NCBI GenBank assembly: GCA_937861125.1
Contig: CALMAY010000039.1
Coordinates: 1-53,211 of the forward strand
Reading direction: 5' to 3'
Length of the DNA: 53,211 nucleotides
Origin: an uncultured bacterium
GTDB taxonomy: Bacteria; Patescibacteriota; Patescibacteriia; Magasanikbacterales; UBA922
Shown here: positions 1-8,879 of the stretch, piece after piece
Position numbering within the stretch: position 1 is the stretch's first letter
Layout of the letters: each line of letters begins with the position of its first letter
Program-made: the position numbers and the translations under genes
Notes under the pieces: generated by a model
What the model was told of the DNA's origin: nothing
Database searches by the model: none
Seen by the model: the letters and a program-made list of their open reading frames with translations, nothing else

Positions 1-139
1 ACGGCGAGGATGGTGCGCAGGGTGAGCCCGGCGCCACGGGTCCGCAGGGTCCCGCCGGACAGAACGGCGAGGATGGTGCGCAGGGTGAGCCCGGCGCCAC
101 GGGTCCGCAGGGTCCCGCTGGACAGAACGGCGAGGATGG
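1..139 (+). repeat. 63-bp tandem repeat, about 2.2 copies, encoding collagen-like G-X-Y units
   Basis: Units at 1-63 and 64-126 differ at one base (gcc/gct). A third partial unit starts at 127. In frame 3 each unit reads [21 protein letters not shown]. Confidence 0.9.
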
Positions 140-833
140 GGCTGACGGGGCTGACTACCCCGACTGCCATCTCGCGGGCAATGCCTGCGAAAGCGGGTAT
201 CTCTGCGACAGCCGCGGTCGCTGTGTCCCGCCCCTGCCCGATGAGGGTTCGGGGGAAGAAGGTTCCGGAGAAACGGATCTGTGCCCCGAGAGCGATGAGC
301 TCGAGGAGCCGGTGACGTACTACGGCGATATCGACCGCGACGGGCGTGGCGAGCCCGATGTGGAGATCGCGGTATGCGAGACGGAGGCGCCGGCGGGTTA
401 CACCGCCAGTGCAACGGGCGACAATTGCCCGCTTACTCCCAACGCCGACCAGGTCGACACCGACGCCGACGGACTCGGCGACGCTTGCGACACCGTCGTC
501 ACGCCCCCACCGACCACCTCAACCATCACCGTTCAGGTACTGTGCTCGGCCTTGTGCCAGGCGCATATCTACTACGGGGTAGAGGATCAGATGGGGTTGT
601 CTCCTTTCACGTTCGAGGTCCCTCGGGACCAGGCCTGCGAGAGTGGGATCGAAGTGAAGGGGCGCGTACCATCCGGCAATTGGTCGTGGTACGGTGATGC
701 TGGTGCACCGACGATGAGCACGGTTTCCGTGTATATCGAAGGTGTTCGGAGGTCAGGGGTACTTCGTGTTCGTCCTTGGACGAACTCGGAGGGTAACCTC
801 TACTTCTCGCCCGCGTTGCTCGGCTGTCCGTAG
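3..833 (+). CDS. Collagen-like (G-X-Y) / thrombospondin type-3-like repeat, Cys-containing extracellular protein; 5' end lies outside the window
   Basis: Frame 3 is open from nt 3 to the TAG at 831-833. My translation begins [21 protein letters not shown] x2 and continues into the listed ORF 312..833. That ORF contains [24 protein letters not shown], a TSP3-type Asp-rich motif. The listed Arg-rich ORF 10..315 is the wrong frame of the same repeat. Confidence 0.6.
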   Translation, partial: GEDGAQGEPGATGPQGPAGQNGEDGAQGEPGATGPQGPAGQNGEDGADGADYPDCHLAGNACESGYLCDSRGRCVPPLPDEGSGEEGSGETDLCPESDELEEPVTYYGDIDRDGRGEPDVEIAVCETEAPAGYTASATGDNCPLTPNADQVDTDADGLGDACDTVVTPPPTTSTITVQVLCSALCQAHIYYGVEDQMGLSPFTFEVPRDQACESGIEVKGRVPSGNWSWYGDAGAPTMSTVSVYIEGVRRSGVLRVRPWTNSEGNLYFSPALLGCP

Positions 834-1120
834 CCGGCTCGTCACCGGCAACCCGTTCGAGCCGGGCAATGGTATCGATATGGCGGTGACACCCGCCCCG
901 CTCGTTCACTCGAGCTGCAACGAACTTATTCTCCCACCGAGTTATGTCGAGGAGTTGGCATCAGTAATGATGCGTCAGATTTCGCCTGTCATAGGAGGGC
1001 GGCGGAGTCGGGGTTGTGTCAAAAGCAACCCCATTCCGATTATGTTCATAATCACTAATGTGATTGTGAAAAGATGAGGAAGTTGTTGAATGCAGAATGA
1101 GGAATGAATAATTCAGAATG

Positions 1121-1150
1121 AAAACCGCCTTTGATTGGGCGGTTTTTCGT
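1121..1150 (+). terminator. Hairpin plus T-run, candidate intrinsic terminator
   Basis: aaaaccgcc / tttgattg / ggcggtttt, followed by tcgttgctttttt. Confidence 0.4.
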
Positions 1151-1178
1151 TGCTTTTTTGGCTGGGTTGTGGTATAGT
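1150..1178 (+). promoter_or_regulatory. Candidate sigma70 promoter TTGCTT-N17-TGgTATAGT
   Basis: The TGTGGTATAGT motif at 1168-1178 recurs at 13968, 20210 and 47215. It lies inside the N-terminal extension of ORF 1135..1611, which favours the ATG at 1207. Confidence 0.4.
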
Positions 1179-1206
1179 TTTTTTATCATCTTTTACTCTT
1201 ATTCAT

Positions 1207-1611
1207 ATGCCAAAAGGATTCAAAAAACGCACCAAAAAAGAGCTTGATGCTCCCGTTACGTTGGGTGTGCTTATGGACACCTTTGCAGAGTTTAATGAGA
1301 GTGTGATTGTGCCACAGTTCGTATCATTAAGAACTGAGCTGAAAGGTGATATGAACTCACTAAGAACTGAGCTGAAAGGTGATATAGCTCGATTGGAGAG
1401 CAAGATGGATGATGGTTTTTACAATCTTCGTCGTGATGTTCGTGTGCTTGAGGAAAAGATTGATGCGCTCCGTCGTGATGTGGATGCACTGATGAAGCGA
1501 GTCGATGAAGAGGGGAGTGCGTATGGTAGGGATATTGTAGCATTGCAAAAACGTACCACGATGCTTGAGCATGAACTTATACAGATGAAGCAAAAATTAG
1601 CAGTGGTGTAA
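1207..1611 (+). CDS. Coiled-coil protein of unknown function
   Basis: Starts MPKGFKKRTKKE at an internal ATG. Heptad-like, charged sequence. Contains an 11-aa tandem duplication LRTELKGDMNS / LRTELKGDIAR. Confidence 0.55.
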   Translation: MPKGFKKRTKKELDAPVTLGVLMDTFAEFNESVIVPQFVSLRTELKGDMNSLRTELKGDIARLESKMDDGFYNLRRDVRVLEEKIDALRRDVDALMKRVDEEGSAYGRDIVALQKRTTMLEHELIQMKQKLAVV

Positions 1612-1673
1612 ATGCCCTGCAAAATGTTGTTTTTTCAAAGATCATTTGATCATCCGATCATATGATTTTTTAT

Positions 1674-1702
1674 TTGTAAAAAGAACGGAGATAGACTATA
1701 CT
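1674..1702 (+). promoter_or_regulatory. Candidate promoter TTGTAA-N17-TATACT
   Basis: The -10 element ends 13 nt before the ATG at 1716. There is no SD, which implies a leaderless or very short-leader mRNA. Confidence 0.4.
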
Positions 1703-1715
1703 ATGAGCAGTTTTT

Positions 1716-2804
1716 ATGAGTACACAGAGATCGAAATCAATCCACGTCGTCCACGTGATCCCCACACTCAATATCGGTGGAGCGGAGCGATTTTTGGTAT
1801 CGCTGGTTGGTTCTACTGATGCTTCCATTCGTCATACTGTGGTGACACTCTGGGATAGTGCACCACTCGCAGACGAGCTGCCAAGTACTGTATCGTATAG
1901 GTGTGTACATATTAATCGTATATCACGGATCAAACGCGTGCAGACATTGGCTGTGTTGTTTGTAGAGCTTGGTGCTGATGTGGTGCATACTCATCTCTTT
2001 AGTGCTGATCTCTGGGGACGGCTCGCAGCTCGACGCGCTAATGTTCCAGTGGTGACGACAGAACACAATATTAATGTCAGTGAACCACTCGTCTGGAAAT
2101 GGATCAAGCGATGTATGCATAATATGAGTCGTGTGTACACTGCACCATCGCGTGCGATTCAGATGTATCTGGAGCAGGCGTACCATGTTCCATCTGATCG
2201 GATTGTTGTGATTCCACATGGGATTGCACTTAGCTCATTTTTGGCATTACCAGAACCGTCGTTTGTGTCACCATGTCGTATTGGTTTGATCGGACGATTG
2301 GTAGAGCAAAAGGGGCACAAAGTACTTATTGATGCGCTAACACAGCTCTCTGATGTGCCACTGCAAGTAATGTGTGTGGGTAGTGGCGAGCGTAAAGATG
2401 CGCTGCAAACATATGCAAAAGAAAAAGGTGTATCAGAACGTATCGTGTGGCGCGAGGCAGTGCAGGATGTATCTGGTGTATATGCGCAGTGTGATATTGT
2501 CGTGATTCCGTCTTTGTGGGAGGGATTTGGTCTGGTGGCGCTTGAGGCTATGGCGAGTGGACGATATGTGATTGTCTCCAATGTAGATGGACTCTCTGAG
2601 ATTGTTGCAGATAGTCAGACTGGTGCGTTGTTTCCAGTCGGTGACAGTGCTGCGCTGGCAGGGTGTATTCGTGCTGCAGTTCAGAATGTAGGGGAATCTC
2701 AACGTAGAGCCGAGCGTGCTCGTAAGTGGGTGTCCGTACATGGTGATGTGGCGACAATGGGAAAAAAATACACAGAGCTTTATCACTCAGTAGTATCAAA
2801 ATAA
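1716..2804 (+). CDS. Glycosyltransferase family 4 (GT-B)
   Basis: N-terminus HVVHVIPTLNIGGAERF and C-terminal EGFGLVALEAMASG motif, typical of GT4. Confidence 0.85.
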   Translation: MSTQRSKSIHVVHVIPTLNIGGAERFLVSLVGSTDASIRHTVVTLWDSAPLADELPSTVSYRCVHINRISRIKRVQTLAVLFVELGADVVHTHLFSADLWGRLAARRANVPVVTTEHNINVSEPLVWKWIKRCMHNMSRVYTAPSRAIQMYLEQAYHVPSDRIVVIPHGIALSSFLALPEPSFVSPCRIGLIGRLVEQKGHKVLIDALTQLSDVPLQVMCVGSGERKDALQTYAKEKGVSERIVWREAVQDVSGVYAQCDIVVIPSLWEGFGLVALEAMASGRYVIVSNVDGLSEIVADSQTGALFPVGDSAALAGCIRAAVQNVGESQRRAERARKWVSVHGDVATMGKKYTELYHSVVSK

Positions 2805-2805
2805 T

Positions 2806-4311
2806 ATGTCTCTTGTATCTGATCAAGCACAACATGTACAGTCGCAAAGCTTTTTTTCGTGGCGTTGGTTTTTTGTGCTGTCCGTTATGGCTGCGGTCGC
2901 GACTGTGCTGTTTGGTCCTATTTGTATTGTTGTGTTGGTGGTATTGTTTTTGGGATATAGTATTTATGTCAAACCAGAAATCGGACTCTATATTATGGTA
3001 GCTCTCTCACCAATGATTGGTTTGACAGTGACACCTGATTCTGTATTTTCTTGGTTGGGTTTTTTGCACACACCGTGGTCATGGTATGCACCGCTTGTAG
3101 ATGTTTGGACATTGTTTTTTTTACTTGTTTTTTTTATTCGTACGTGTGTTGATTTGCTACAGACAAAAGAAAAGAGAATTATACTGCCGGGTGTATGGTG
3201 GTATCTTGCCTTTTTAATTTCTGCGTATGTGTCTTTACTTCATCTTCCGCATGAATTATTTTCTGATGGGGTCAAGTATCTTATTCGATTTCCATTGTTT
3301 GTGTATGTTGGCTATATTGTTGTTGGTATAAATACGATTACAAGAAAAAGTATACTTTTGCATGCATTACGTGTGTTCTTCTTTGTTGGATTGTTTGCTG
3401 CTATCTTAGGGGTTAGTTCACTTTTGGTCAATGCGTATCATGTCATGGGGCTGACACGAGCGGTGCCGATATCATTATTTGGTGTTAATTTTTTTAATTT
3501 TTCCAATGATATTCGATTTGGTCATATTTTATTGGCTGAGTTTTTGACTCTTGTGTTGCCTGTTGGTATCTACTTGATGTATACAGCACAAGCTGTACAA
3601 AGTCGTCGTTGGTATGCGTTGGGTAGTTTTTTTGTGTTTTTGGTGTGTATTCTTACATTCTCTCGAGCGGGTTGGTTGACACTCGGATTTCAAGTATTTT
3701 TAGGTGCGCTTGTGTTGCGTAGACAGATACCTTGGCAACAGGTATATCGATGGGTGCCTGTAGGACTATTGTGTTTATCTGTCCCTATATGGTATATGTC
3801 TTTGTTTTTGCAAAGTAGTATTGTTTCATCTTCCAATAGTGCACGACTTGCATTGACTGAAATTGGTTGGCACTTCTTTTTAGATCGCCCATTGTTTGGG
3901 CAGGGGGTTGGTATGTATACAGTACTTCTGAAAGATGTCTTTTATTTTACATCACAGTTTGGCGATCCAATTGATGCGCATAGTATTTTTACCAAGATTA
4001 GTGCTGAGCAGGGTATGTTTGGATTGGTCACGTTTGGTCTATTTGTGTTGTGGGTGTTACATGTTATTTTTAGACGTCTTATTGATGAGTCATTTTCAGA
4101 TGAGGCACGTATGGCAGCGATTGTATCTTTGTTTTTAGTTATGACACCGTTATTTTTTCAATTATTTAATACGCAGTATTATTCCGCGCGTATGTGGGTG
4201 CCATTTTTATTTGCGATGGGGTTGAGTATCGTTCATAAAACAGATAAACGTTTATCGAGTATATCAATTTCTTTTGTTGAAAAAAAATCGGCTGTAGATA
4301 TCAATTTTTAA
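2806..4311 (+). CDS. O-antigen ligase / Wzy_C family polytopic membrane protein
   Basis: Many TM segments. Contains FSRAGWLTLGF and DAHSIFTKISAEQGMFGL motifs characteristic of the Wzy_C family. Confidence 0.8.
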   Translation: MSLVSDQAQHVQSQSFFSWRWFFVLSVMAAVATVLFGPICIVVLVVLFLGYSIYVKPEIGLYIMVALSPMIGLTVTPDSVFSWLGFLHTPWSWYAPLVDVWTLFFLLVFFIRTCVDLLQTKEKRIILPGVWWYLAFLISAYVSLLHLPHELFSDGVKYLIRFPLFVYVGYIVVGINTITRKSILLHALRVFFFVGLFAAILGVSSLLVNAYHVMGLTRAVPISLFGVNFFNFSNDIRFGHILLAEFLTLVLPVGIYLMYTAQAVQSRRWYALGSFFVFLVCILTFSRAGWLTLGFQVFLGALVLRRQIPWQQVYRWVPVGLLCLSVPIWYMSLFLQSSIVSSSNSARLALTEIGWHFFLDRPLFGQGVGMYTVLLKDVFYFTSQFGDPIDAHSIFTKISAEQGMFGLVTFGLFVLWVLHVIFRRLIDESFSDEARMAAIVSLFLVMTPLFFQLFNTQYYSARMWVPFLFAMGLSIVHKTDKRLSSISISFVEKKSAVDINF

Positions 4312-4316
4312 TATAT

Positions 4317-5408
4317 ATGAAAAAGAAAGTGGTTGTACATATTATTCCTCGATTTTGTTTTGGTGGGGCCGAACGATTGTTGGTGTTGTATGCGCAGATG
4401 TATGATACTGCGGTGTATGATATGCATGTGGTGAGTTGTGTAGAGGATGGTGAACTCAGAGCTTCGTTTGATGGTCTTCCTGTCTCTCTCTTTGTCGGAT
4501 CTCGATTACAACATGGCGGGAGGTGGGGCGCGTGGCGTGCTGTACGGCGCTATTTGGATCGTGTGCAACCAGACATTGTACACACACATTTACTCAGTAG
4601 TGATCTGATTGGGTTTGTCTACAAATATATATATCGTCGTCGTGTACAATGGGTGAGTACACAGCACAATGTCGAGGATACGCGGCCGTGGGTATATCGG
4701 TTTCTTTGGCGTATGATTCTGCCTGCTGCGGATGCGGTGATTGCGGTTGCACCACGAGTGTATGAGTTTGCTCGCGACACATTTGGTGTATCAGACAAAC
4801 GTCTCCATGTGGTAAATAACGGTATCTTGGTGCAAAAGTGGAAACCACTTCTCTCACAGCCGGTTTGCCGACAAAAGGTATTGCAGATTGCTTCTATCGG
4901 AAGACTCGAGATACAGAAAGGTCATGTGTATGCACTTCGCGCATTGGCTCAATTGTCAAAAGATATTTCGTGGCACTATCATGTCTATGGTGATGGTATG
5001 TTGCGTGAAGAATTACAACAGTTGGCTCATGAATTATATATTGATGATCGTATTACCTGGCATGGTGTGGTGAATACACTTGAACAGGATCTTGGGTCTG
5101 TTGATATTGTCTTTCAGCCATCATTGTTTGAAGGGTTGAGTTTGGTGATTTTGGAATCTATGGCAGCGGGACGCTGTGTCGTGACGACACCGGCTGGGGG
5201 AGAGGGTGTGATCACACATGGGGTGGATGGATATATTGTGCCATCCATGGATGTAGAGATGATGAGTGCGCAGCTCACAACACTGGCACTGGATCGTCAG
5301 CAGATCATTCGTACTGCCGCTGCAGCAGGTGTGCTCGCACAACGTGAATTTGATGTGTCAAAAAATATGCACGGTATAGAAACAGTCTATCAGCAATTGC
5401 TTTCGTGA
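4317..5408 (+). CDS. Glycosyltransferase family 4
   Basis: VVHIIPRFCFGGAERL N-terminus and EGLSLVILESMAAGRCVV motif. Confidence 0.85.
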   Translation: MKKKVVVHIIPRFCFGGAERLLVLYAQMYDTAVYDMHVVSCVEDGELRASFDGLPVSLFVGSRLQHGGRWGAWRAVRRYLDRVQPDIVHTHLLSSDLIGFVYKYIYRRRVQWVSTQHNVEDTRPWVYRFLWRMILPAADAVIAVAPRVYEFARDTFGVSDKRLHVVNNGILVQKWKPLLSQPVCRQKVLQIASIGRLEIQKGHVYALRALAQLSKDISWHYHVYGDGMLREELQQLAHELYIDDRITWHGVVNTLEQDLGSVDIVFQPSLFEGLSLVILESMAAGRCVVTTPAGGEGVITHGVDGYIVPSMDVEMMSAQLTTLALDRQQIIRTAAAAGVLAQREFDVSKNMHGIETVYQQLLS

Positions 5409-5409
5409 T

Positions 5410-7419
5410 ATGGTGTTGAGACACGCACAGACATCTTTGTTTTGGTTCATTGCCGCTGTGGTCAGTATGGCGATGTGTCTATCTGTGTCGTTTACCTTTC
5501 TCTCTACATCAGCAGAGGAGTTTCCAAAAACGGCAAACTATTTTCTCAAATGGTCTATGACGGCTGCTGAGATGGAAGAGCTCTCCAAGTGGGATGTGCT
5601 GGTGCTCGATATGGAGCAGCAGATTCAAAATCCGCAGTATCTCAAAGAGTTGCGAAAACGAAATCCAGATATTATTTTGCTTGCATACATCACCCCTCAG
5701 GAAATTCGTACCGATGCGGTCGGTGGATATAGTCAGATGCGTGATCGTCTCGCGCGAGGTATCTCGGCACAATGGTATCTGGTGGATGACAAAAAAACGT
5801 CATACAGCTTTTGGCCTGGTACTGTCATGCTCAATGTGACCAATCATGCTCCGCTTATTGGTGGGCAGCGATTCAATGAATATCTCTCCACGTTTGTTGC
5901 TGATGAGATTATCGATACTGGACTATGGGACGGTGTGTTTTATGATAATGCGTGGAGTGATGCGACGTGGTTTACTGGAAACAAAGTTGACTACAATCGT
6001 GACGGAAAAGCAGATACAGATATTGATAAAAAATGGTATGCGGGAATGAATAGTCTCTATGAAATGACGAGAGAAAAAACACCAAAAGGGACAATTATTG
6101 TTGGTAATGGTCACACAAAAGGATACACTGAATCACTCAACGGCAAGATGATTGAAAATTTTCAGATACATGGGTGGAATGACATCATGAAAGTGTATGC
6201 GCAAAATCAGGCTGCAGAGCACAAGCCGCGTGTCAACATCGTCAATGGAAATACGGGAAATAAAAATACTCCTACGGCGTATCGAAGTATGCGGTATGGA
6301 TTGGCGAGTACGTTGTTGGTTGGCGACGATGGATATTATTCGTTTGACTATGGTGCCCAAGACCATGGACAAACGTGGTGGTATGATGAGTATGATGTGG
6401 ATCTGGGCGAGCCAGTCGGCTCTGCTACGTCACCCACAGGACAGACATCATTTGCAACAGGTGTGTGGCAGCGTGAATTTGCGCAGGGGATAGCAGTGGT
6501 CAATAGTGGTAAGTCATCCAGCAAAGTAACGCTACCGGGTGAGTATGAAAAAATTCGAGGAACGCAGGATAAAACCGTCAATGACGGTGCAATTGTCTCA
6601 TCCGTGACTGTACCTGCTCAGGACGGGCTGCTGCTCATGAAAACAATTCAGCGTTTGGACAACATCATCTATACCAATGGTGACTTTGCACGGTTTTTCA
6701 AACACAGTGGTGATCGTGTTCGCAACGGTTTCTTTCTCTATGACAGTATTGCACCAGGTGGTGCGCAGGTGGGGCGTATAGACATCGATGGTGATGACAA
6801 ACTCGATAGTGTCGTCGTGACAAAAAATCGCATCACGGTTCGTAGAAACAATGGAAAATTACTCGCACGTTTTCGTCCATACGGCGTCTCATTTTCATCT
6901 GGGATACGGATTGCATTTGGAGACATTGATGGGGATAATAAAAAAGAGATGATTGTCGCACCAGGTGCAAAAAATCTTCCGGTCAGAATATATGATTACA
7001 CTGGTTCAAAAGTGGGTGAGGACTGGTATCCGTTTGGCAAGTCGTATGCGGATGGATACTCTGTCGCTCTGTCGCAACAGTCAGACGACGCGCGTGTTGC
7101 CATCGGCAGTAGTAAAGGATCTGTCTCCGTCTTTGACCCACAGACACGTAAACAGGTAGGTACATCGTGGAAAGCGTTTGGCGGCAATAGTGTGCCATAT
7201 GTGGCCATGGGAAACATTGATACCTCTGCCGAAGAGGAGATTGTCGTAGGCGCTGGCAAAGGTGGTGGCGCCAATGTCAAGGTATTTTCTGTGAGCGGAA
7301 AGGTGCAATCAGAGTTTGTGGCCTATACCACGATTGTCTCGCCTGGACTACCCGTGCAGCTCGCTGATGTGGACAGTAATGGGGTGCTTGATATTGTGAC
7401 GCTGAGTAGTGGGTTTTGA
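5410..7419 (+). CDS. Secreted or membrane-anchored protein: N-terminal glycoside-hydrolase-like (GHL-type TIM barrel) domain plus C-terminal FG-GAP/VCBS-like repeats
   Basis: N-terminal hydrophobic segment. WDVLVLDME...NPDIILLAYITPQEI resembles GHL families. Repeats DIDGDDKLD, DIDGDNKKE and DVDSNGVLD are FG-GAP-like. Confidence 0.55.
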   Translation: MVLRHAQTSLFWFIAAVVSMAMCLSVSFTFLSTSAEEFPKTANYFLKWSMTAAEMEELSKWDVLVLDMEQQIQNPQYLKELRKRNPDIILLAYITPQEIRTDAVGGYSQMRDRLARGISAQWYLVDDKKTSYSFWPGTVMLNVTNHAPLIGGQRFNEYLSTFVADEIIDTGLWDGVFYDNAWSDATWFTGNKVDYNRDGKADTDIDKKWYAGMNSLYEMTREKTPKGTIIVGNGHTKGYTESLNGKMIENFQIHGWNDIMKVYAQNQAAEHKPRVNIVNGNTGNKNTPTAYRSMRYGLASTLLVGDDGYYSFDYGAQDHGQTWWYDEYDVDLGEPVGSATSPTGQTSFATGVWQREFAQGIAVVNSGKSSSKVTLPGEYEKIRGTQDKTVNDGAIVSSVTVPAQDGLLLMKTIQRLDNIIYTNGDFARFFKHSGDRVRNGFFLYDSIAPGGAQVGRIDIDGDDKLDSVVVTKNRITVRRNNGKLLARFRPYGVSFSSGIRIAFGDIDGDNKKEMIVAPGAKNLPVRIYDYTGSKVGEDWYPFGKSYADGYSVALSQQSDDARVAIGSSKGSVSVFDPQTRKQVGTSWKAFGGNSVPYVAMGNIDTSAEEEIVVGAGKGGGANVKVFSVSGKVQSEFVAYTTIVSPGLPVQLADVDSNGVLDIVTLSSGF

Positions 7420-7466
7420 TGAAAAATAAAAGATATTGAGATTGAGATTAAGATCGTGGCATAATT

Positions 7467-7494
7467 AAAAGAGACGCTGTGATGCGCCTCTTTT
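7467..7494. terminator. Bidirectional hairpin terminator between convergent genes
   Basis: aaaagagacgc / tgtgat / gcgcctctttt (one mismatch), flanked by A and T runs. It is nested inside a 17-bp outer inverted repeat, 7435-7451 with 7494-7510. Confidence 0.55.
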
Positions 7495-7519
7495 TAATCT
7501 CAATCTTAATTTTGTTTTT

Positions 7520-8689
7520 TTACATTGCCGCACTAGTCATAGACATTGGTGCTGGCTTTCTGGTCTGCAGATCATCATACAACTCAGACGTCTGTTTCCC
7601 AATACGTTTCCAGTCAAACTGCTTTTTTACTTGTTTTTTGTACATTTCACCAAGTGTTTGTTTTTCACTCTCTGTTTTGCTCAGTATTTCAGACATACGC
7701 TCTACAATGGTCGTTGTGTCATTGGTAGAGCAGTAGTAGGCTGGATCAGTGATCAGTTCACAGTGTTCTGGAATATCTGAGACGAGAATCGGCAGTCCAT
7801 AGCTCATCGCTTCAAGCACGGTGATCGGCATACCCTCGAGTTTGGACATGTGGACATAGAGCCCGGCATGTGTGTAGAGTTCTGCCAGAGCAGTGCCGTA
7901 CTGTGCACCAGTAAAGATGATATCAGCACGTCCGTTTGCGAGTGAGTGGAGATATGATGCGTACGAATCAGTGTAGTGTCCACTTCCCACCACAACCAGT
8001 TTCATCTTTGATGATATACTGTTGTTTGTTTTTGCTTTGATGAATGCAGCGATAGCATGGTGGATCGCCTTGTTTGAGATCAATCGTGAGACAACAAGGA
8101 TATACTGTTTTGGTACTAGGTCAAATGTATCTAGTGTTGCTGTGGTTGTCTGTGCAGCATATGCTGGTACACCGTTTGGGATATACTCAGCTTCTTTGCT
8201 ATACGTATCACGAATGTATTGACGGATGGTTTTACTGACTGCGATGGTCTTGTGTGGAAAGGTACATGCTGCCCACTCACCAACCCACAGAGCAATCTTT
8301 GCAAAGTACCCCCATTTTTCTTGCTTGCGATCGATCGAGTGAAATGTCGATACTACCATGATGTGTGGGGTAAAGATACGAGGAATCCATGAGAGGAGGG
8401 AGGGGCCTACTGCGTGGAAATGGATTACATCTACACCGCTGTACATGGCGTGCAAAAGGGCGGTAAAGGTGTGTGTGATAGCATCCAAATGCTTGGTTTT
8501 GATACCTGCTGTGTGTTTGAGTTCAATCCCATCAATCATGCCATCCTGCTGTCCAGTGAACCAGGTGCGTCCATAGATGCGTACCTCATGTCCCAAAGAC
8601 ACCAAAGCACGGCTGAGCTCCTCTACGTGGCGCTCAACACCACCCTGTTGTACAGGGATGCCTTTTTGTCCAAGCATGGCGATTTTCAT
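7520..8689 (-). CDS. Glycosyltransferase family 4
   Basis: Starts MKIAMLGQKGIPVQQGGVERHVEELSRAL at an internal ATG. Contains the KLEGMPITVLEAMSYGLP motif. The upstream ORF extension overlaps the predicted promoter. Confidence 0.85.
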   Translation of the reverse strand: MKIAMLGQKGIPVQQGGVERHVEELSRALVSLGHEVRIYGRTWFTGQQDGMIDGIELKHTAGIKTKHLDAITHTFTALLHAMYSGVDVIHFHAVGPSLLSWIPRIFTPHIMVVSTFHSIDRKQEKWGYFAKIALWVGEWAACTFPHKTIAVSKTIRQYIRDTYSKEAEYIPNGVPAYAAQTTTATLDTFDLVPKQYILVVSRLISNKAIHHAIAAFIKAKTNNSISSKMKLVVVGSGHYTDSYASYLHSLANGRADIIFTGAQYGTALAELYTHAGLYVHMSKLEGMPITVLEAMSYGLPILVSDIPEHCELITDPAYYCSTNDTTTIVERMSEILSKTESEKQTLGEMYKKQVKKQFDWKRIGKQTSELYDDLQTRKPAPMSMTSAAM

Positions 8690-8720
8690 ATGGGACGAGG
8701 TTAGCTGAATAAAACAGATA

Positions 8721-8749
8721 AGTATAGCACAAAAAAGACCTCCTGTCAA
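8721..8749 (-). promoter_or_regulatory. Near-consensus promoter TTGACA-N17-TGcTATACT
   Basis: Reverse complement of tgtcaa (8744-8749) and agtata (8721-8726) with exactly 17 nt between them. About 30 nt upstream of the ATG at 8689. Confidence 0.55.
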
Positions 8750-8879
8750 GGGGTCTCTGGTTTCATCTGTGGATTGTTTTTTTAGCTTATTTTAGTCAAA
8801 AAGCTATCAGTATCCTCAGCATCCTTAGTCACTTTAGCACCCTTAGATTACGGCTTTGCTACCATCCTACTGGAGAATA

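Larger units (their letters stand above)
1..1080. other. High-GC compositional segment at the left window edge (foreign-looking DNA)
   Basis: 47/60 G+C in nt 1-60. Composition decays to AT-rich host-like sequence between ~900 and ~1080. Codon third positions in the encoded ORF are almost all G/C. Confidence 0.8.

Noticed and set aside
10-315. Listed 101-aa Arg/Pro-rich ORF ([15 protein letters not shown]...), duplicated internally
   Set aside because: It is frame 1 of the 63-bp collagen-like repeat. Frame 3 gives a clean G-X-Y pattern and runs on into ORF 312..833 without a stop, so frame 3 is the coding frame.
1-833. Prophage tail-fibre interpretation of the collagen-like gene
   Set aside because: Collagen-like repeats do occur in phage fibres. 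However, no capsid, terminase, integrase or other phage genes are visible, so this cannot be supported from the window.
1135-1206. N-terminal extensions of several listed ORFs (1135, 8749, 13637, 14687, 16228, 25786, 34504, 43263, 47202)
   Set aside because: The extensions start at non-ATG codons or overlap predicted promoters or terminators. Internal ATGs give canonical N-termini (signal peptide, Rossmann GxGxxG, MKIAMLG and so on).
5406-5408. Alternative genetic code (UGA reassignment, as in some CPR lineages)
   Set aside because: TGA terminates well-supported genes at the expected lengths. Examples are the GT4 gene at 5406-5408, directly followed by the next ATG, plus 7417-7419 and 25137-25139. 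No conserved domain is interrupted by in-frame TGA.
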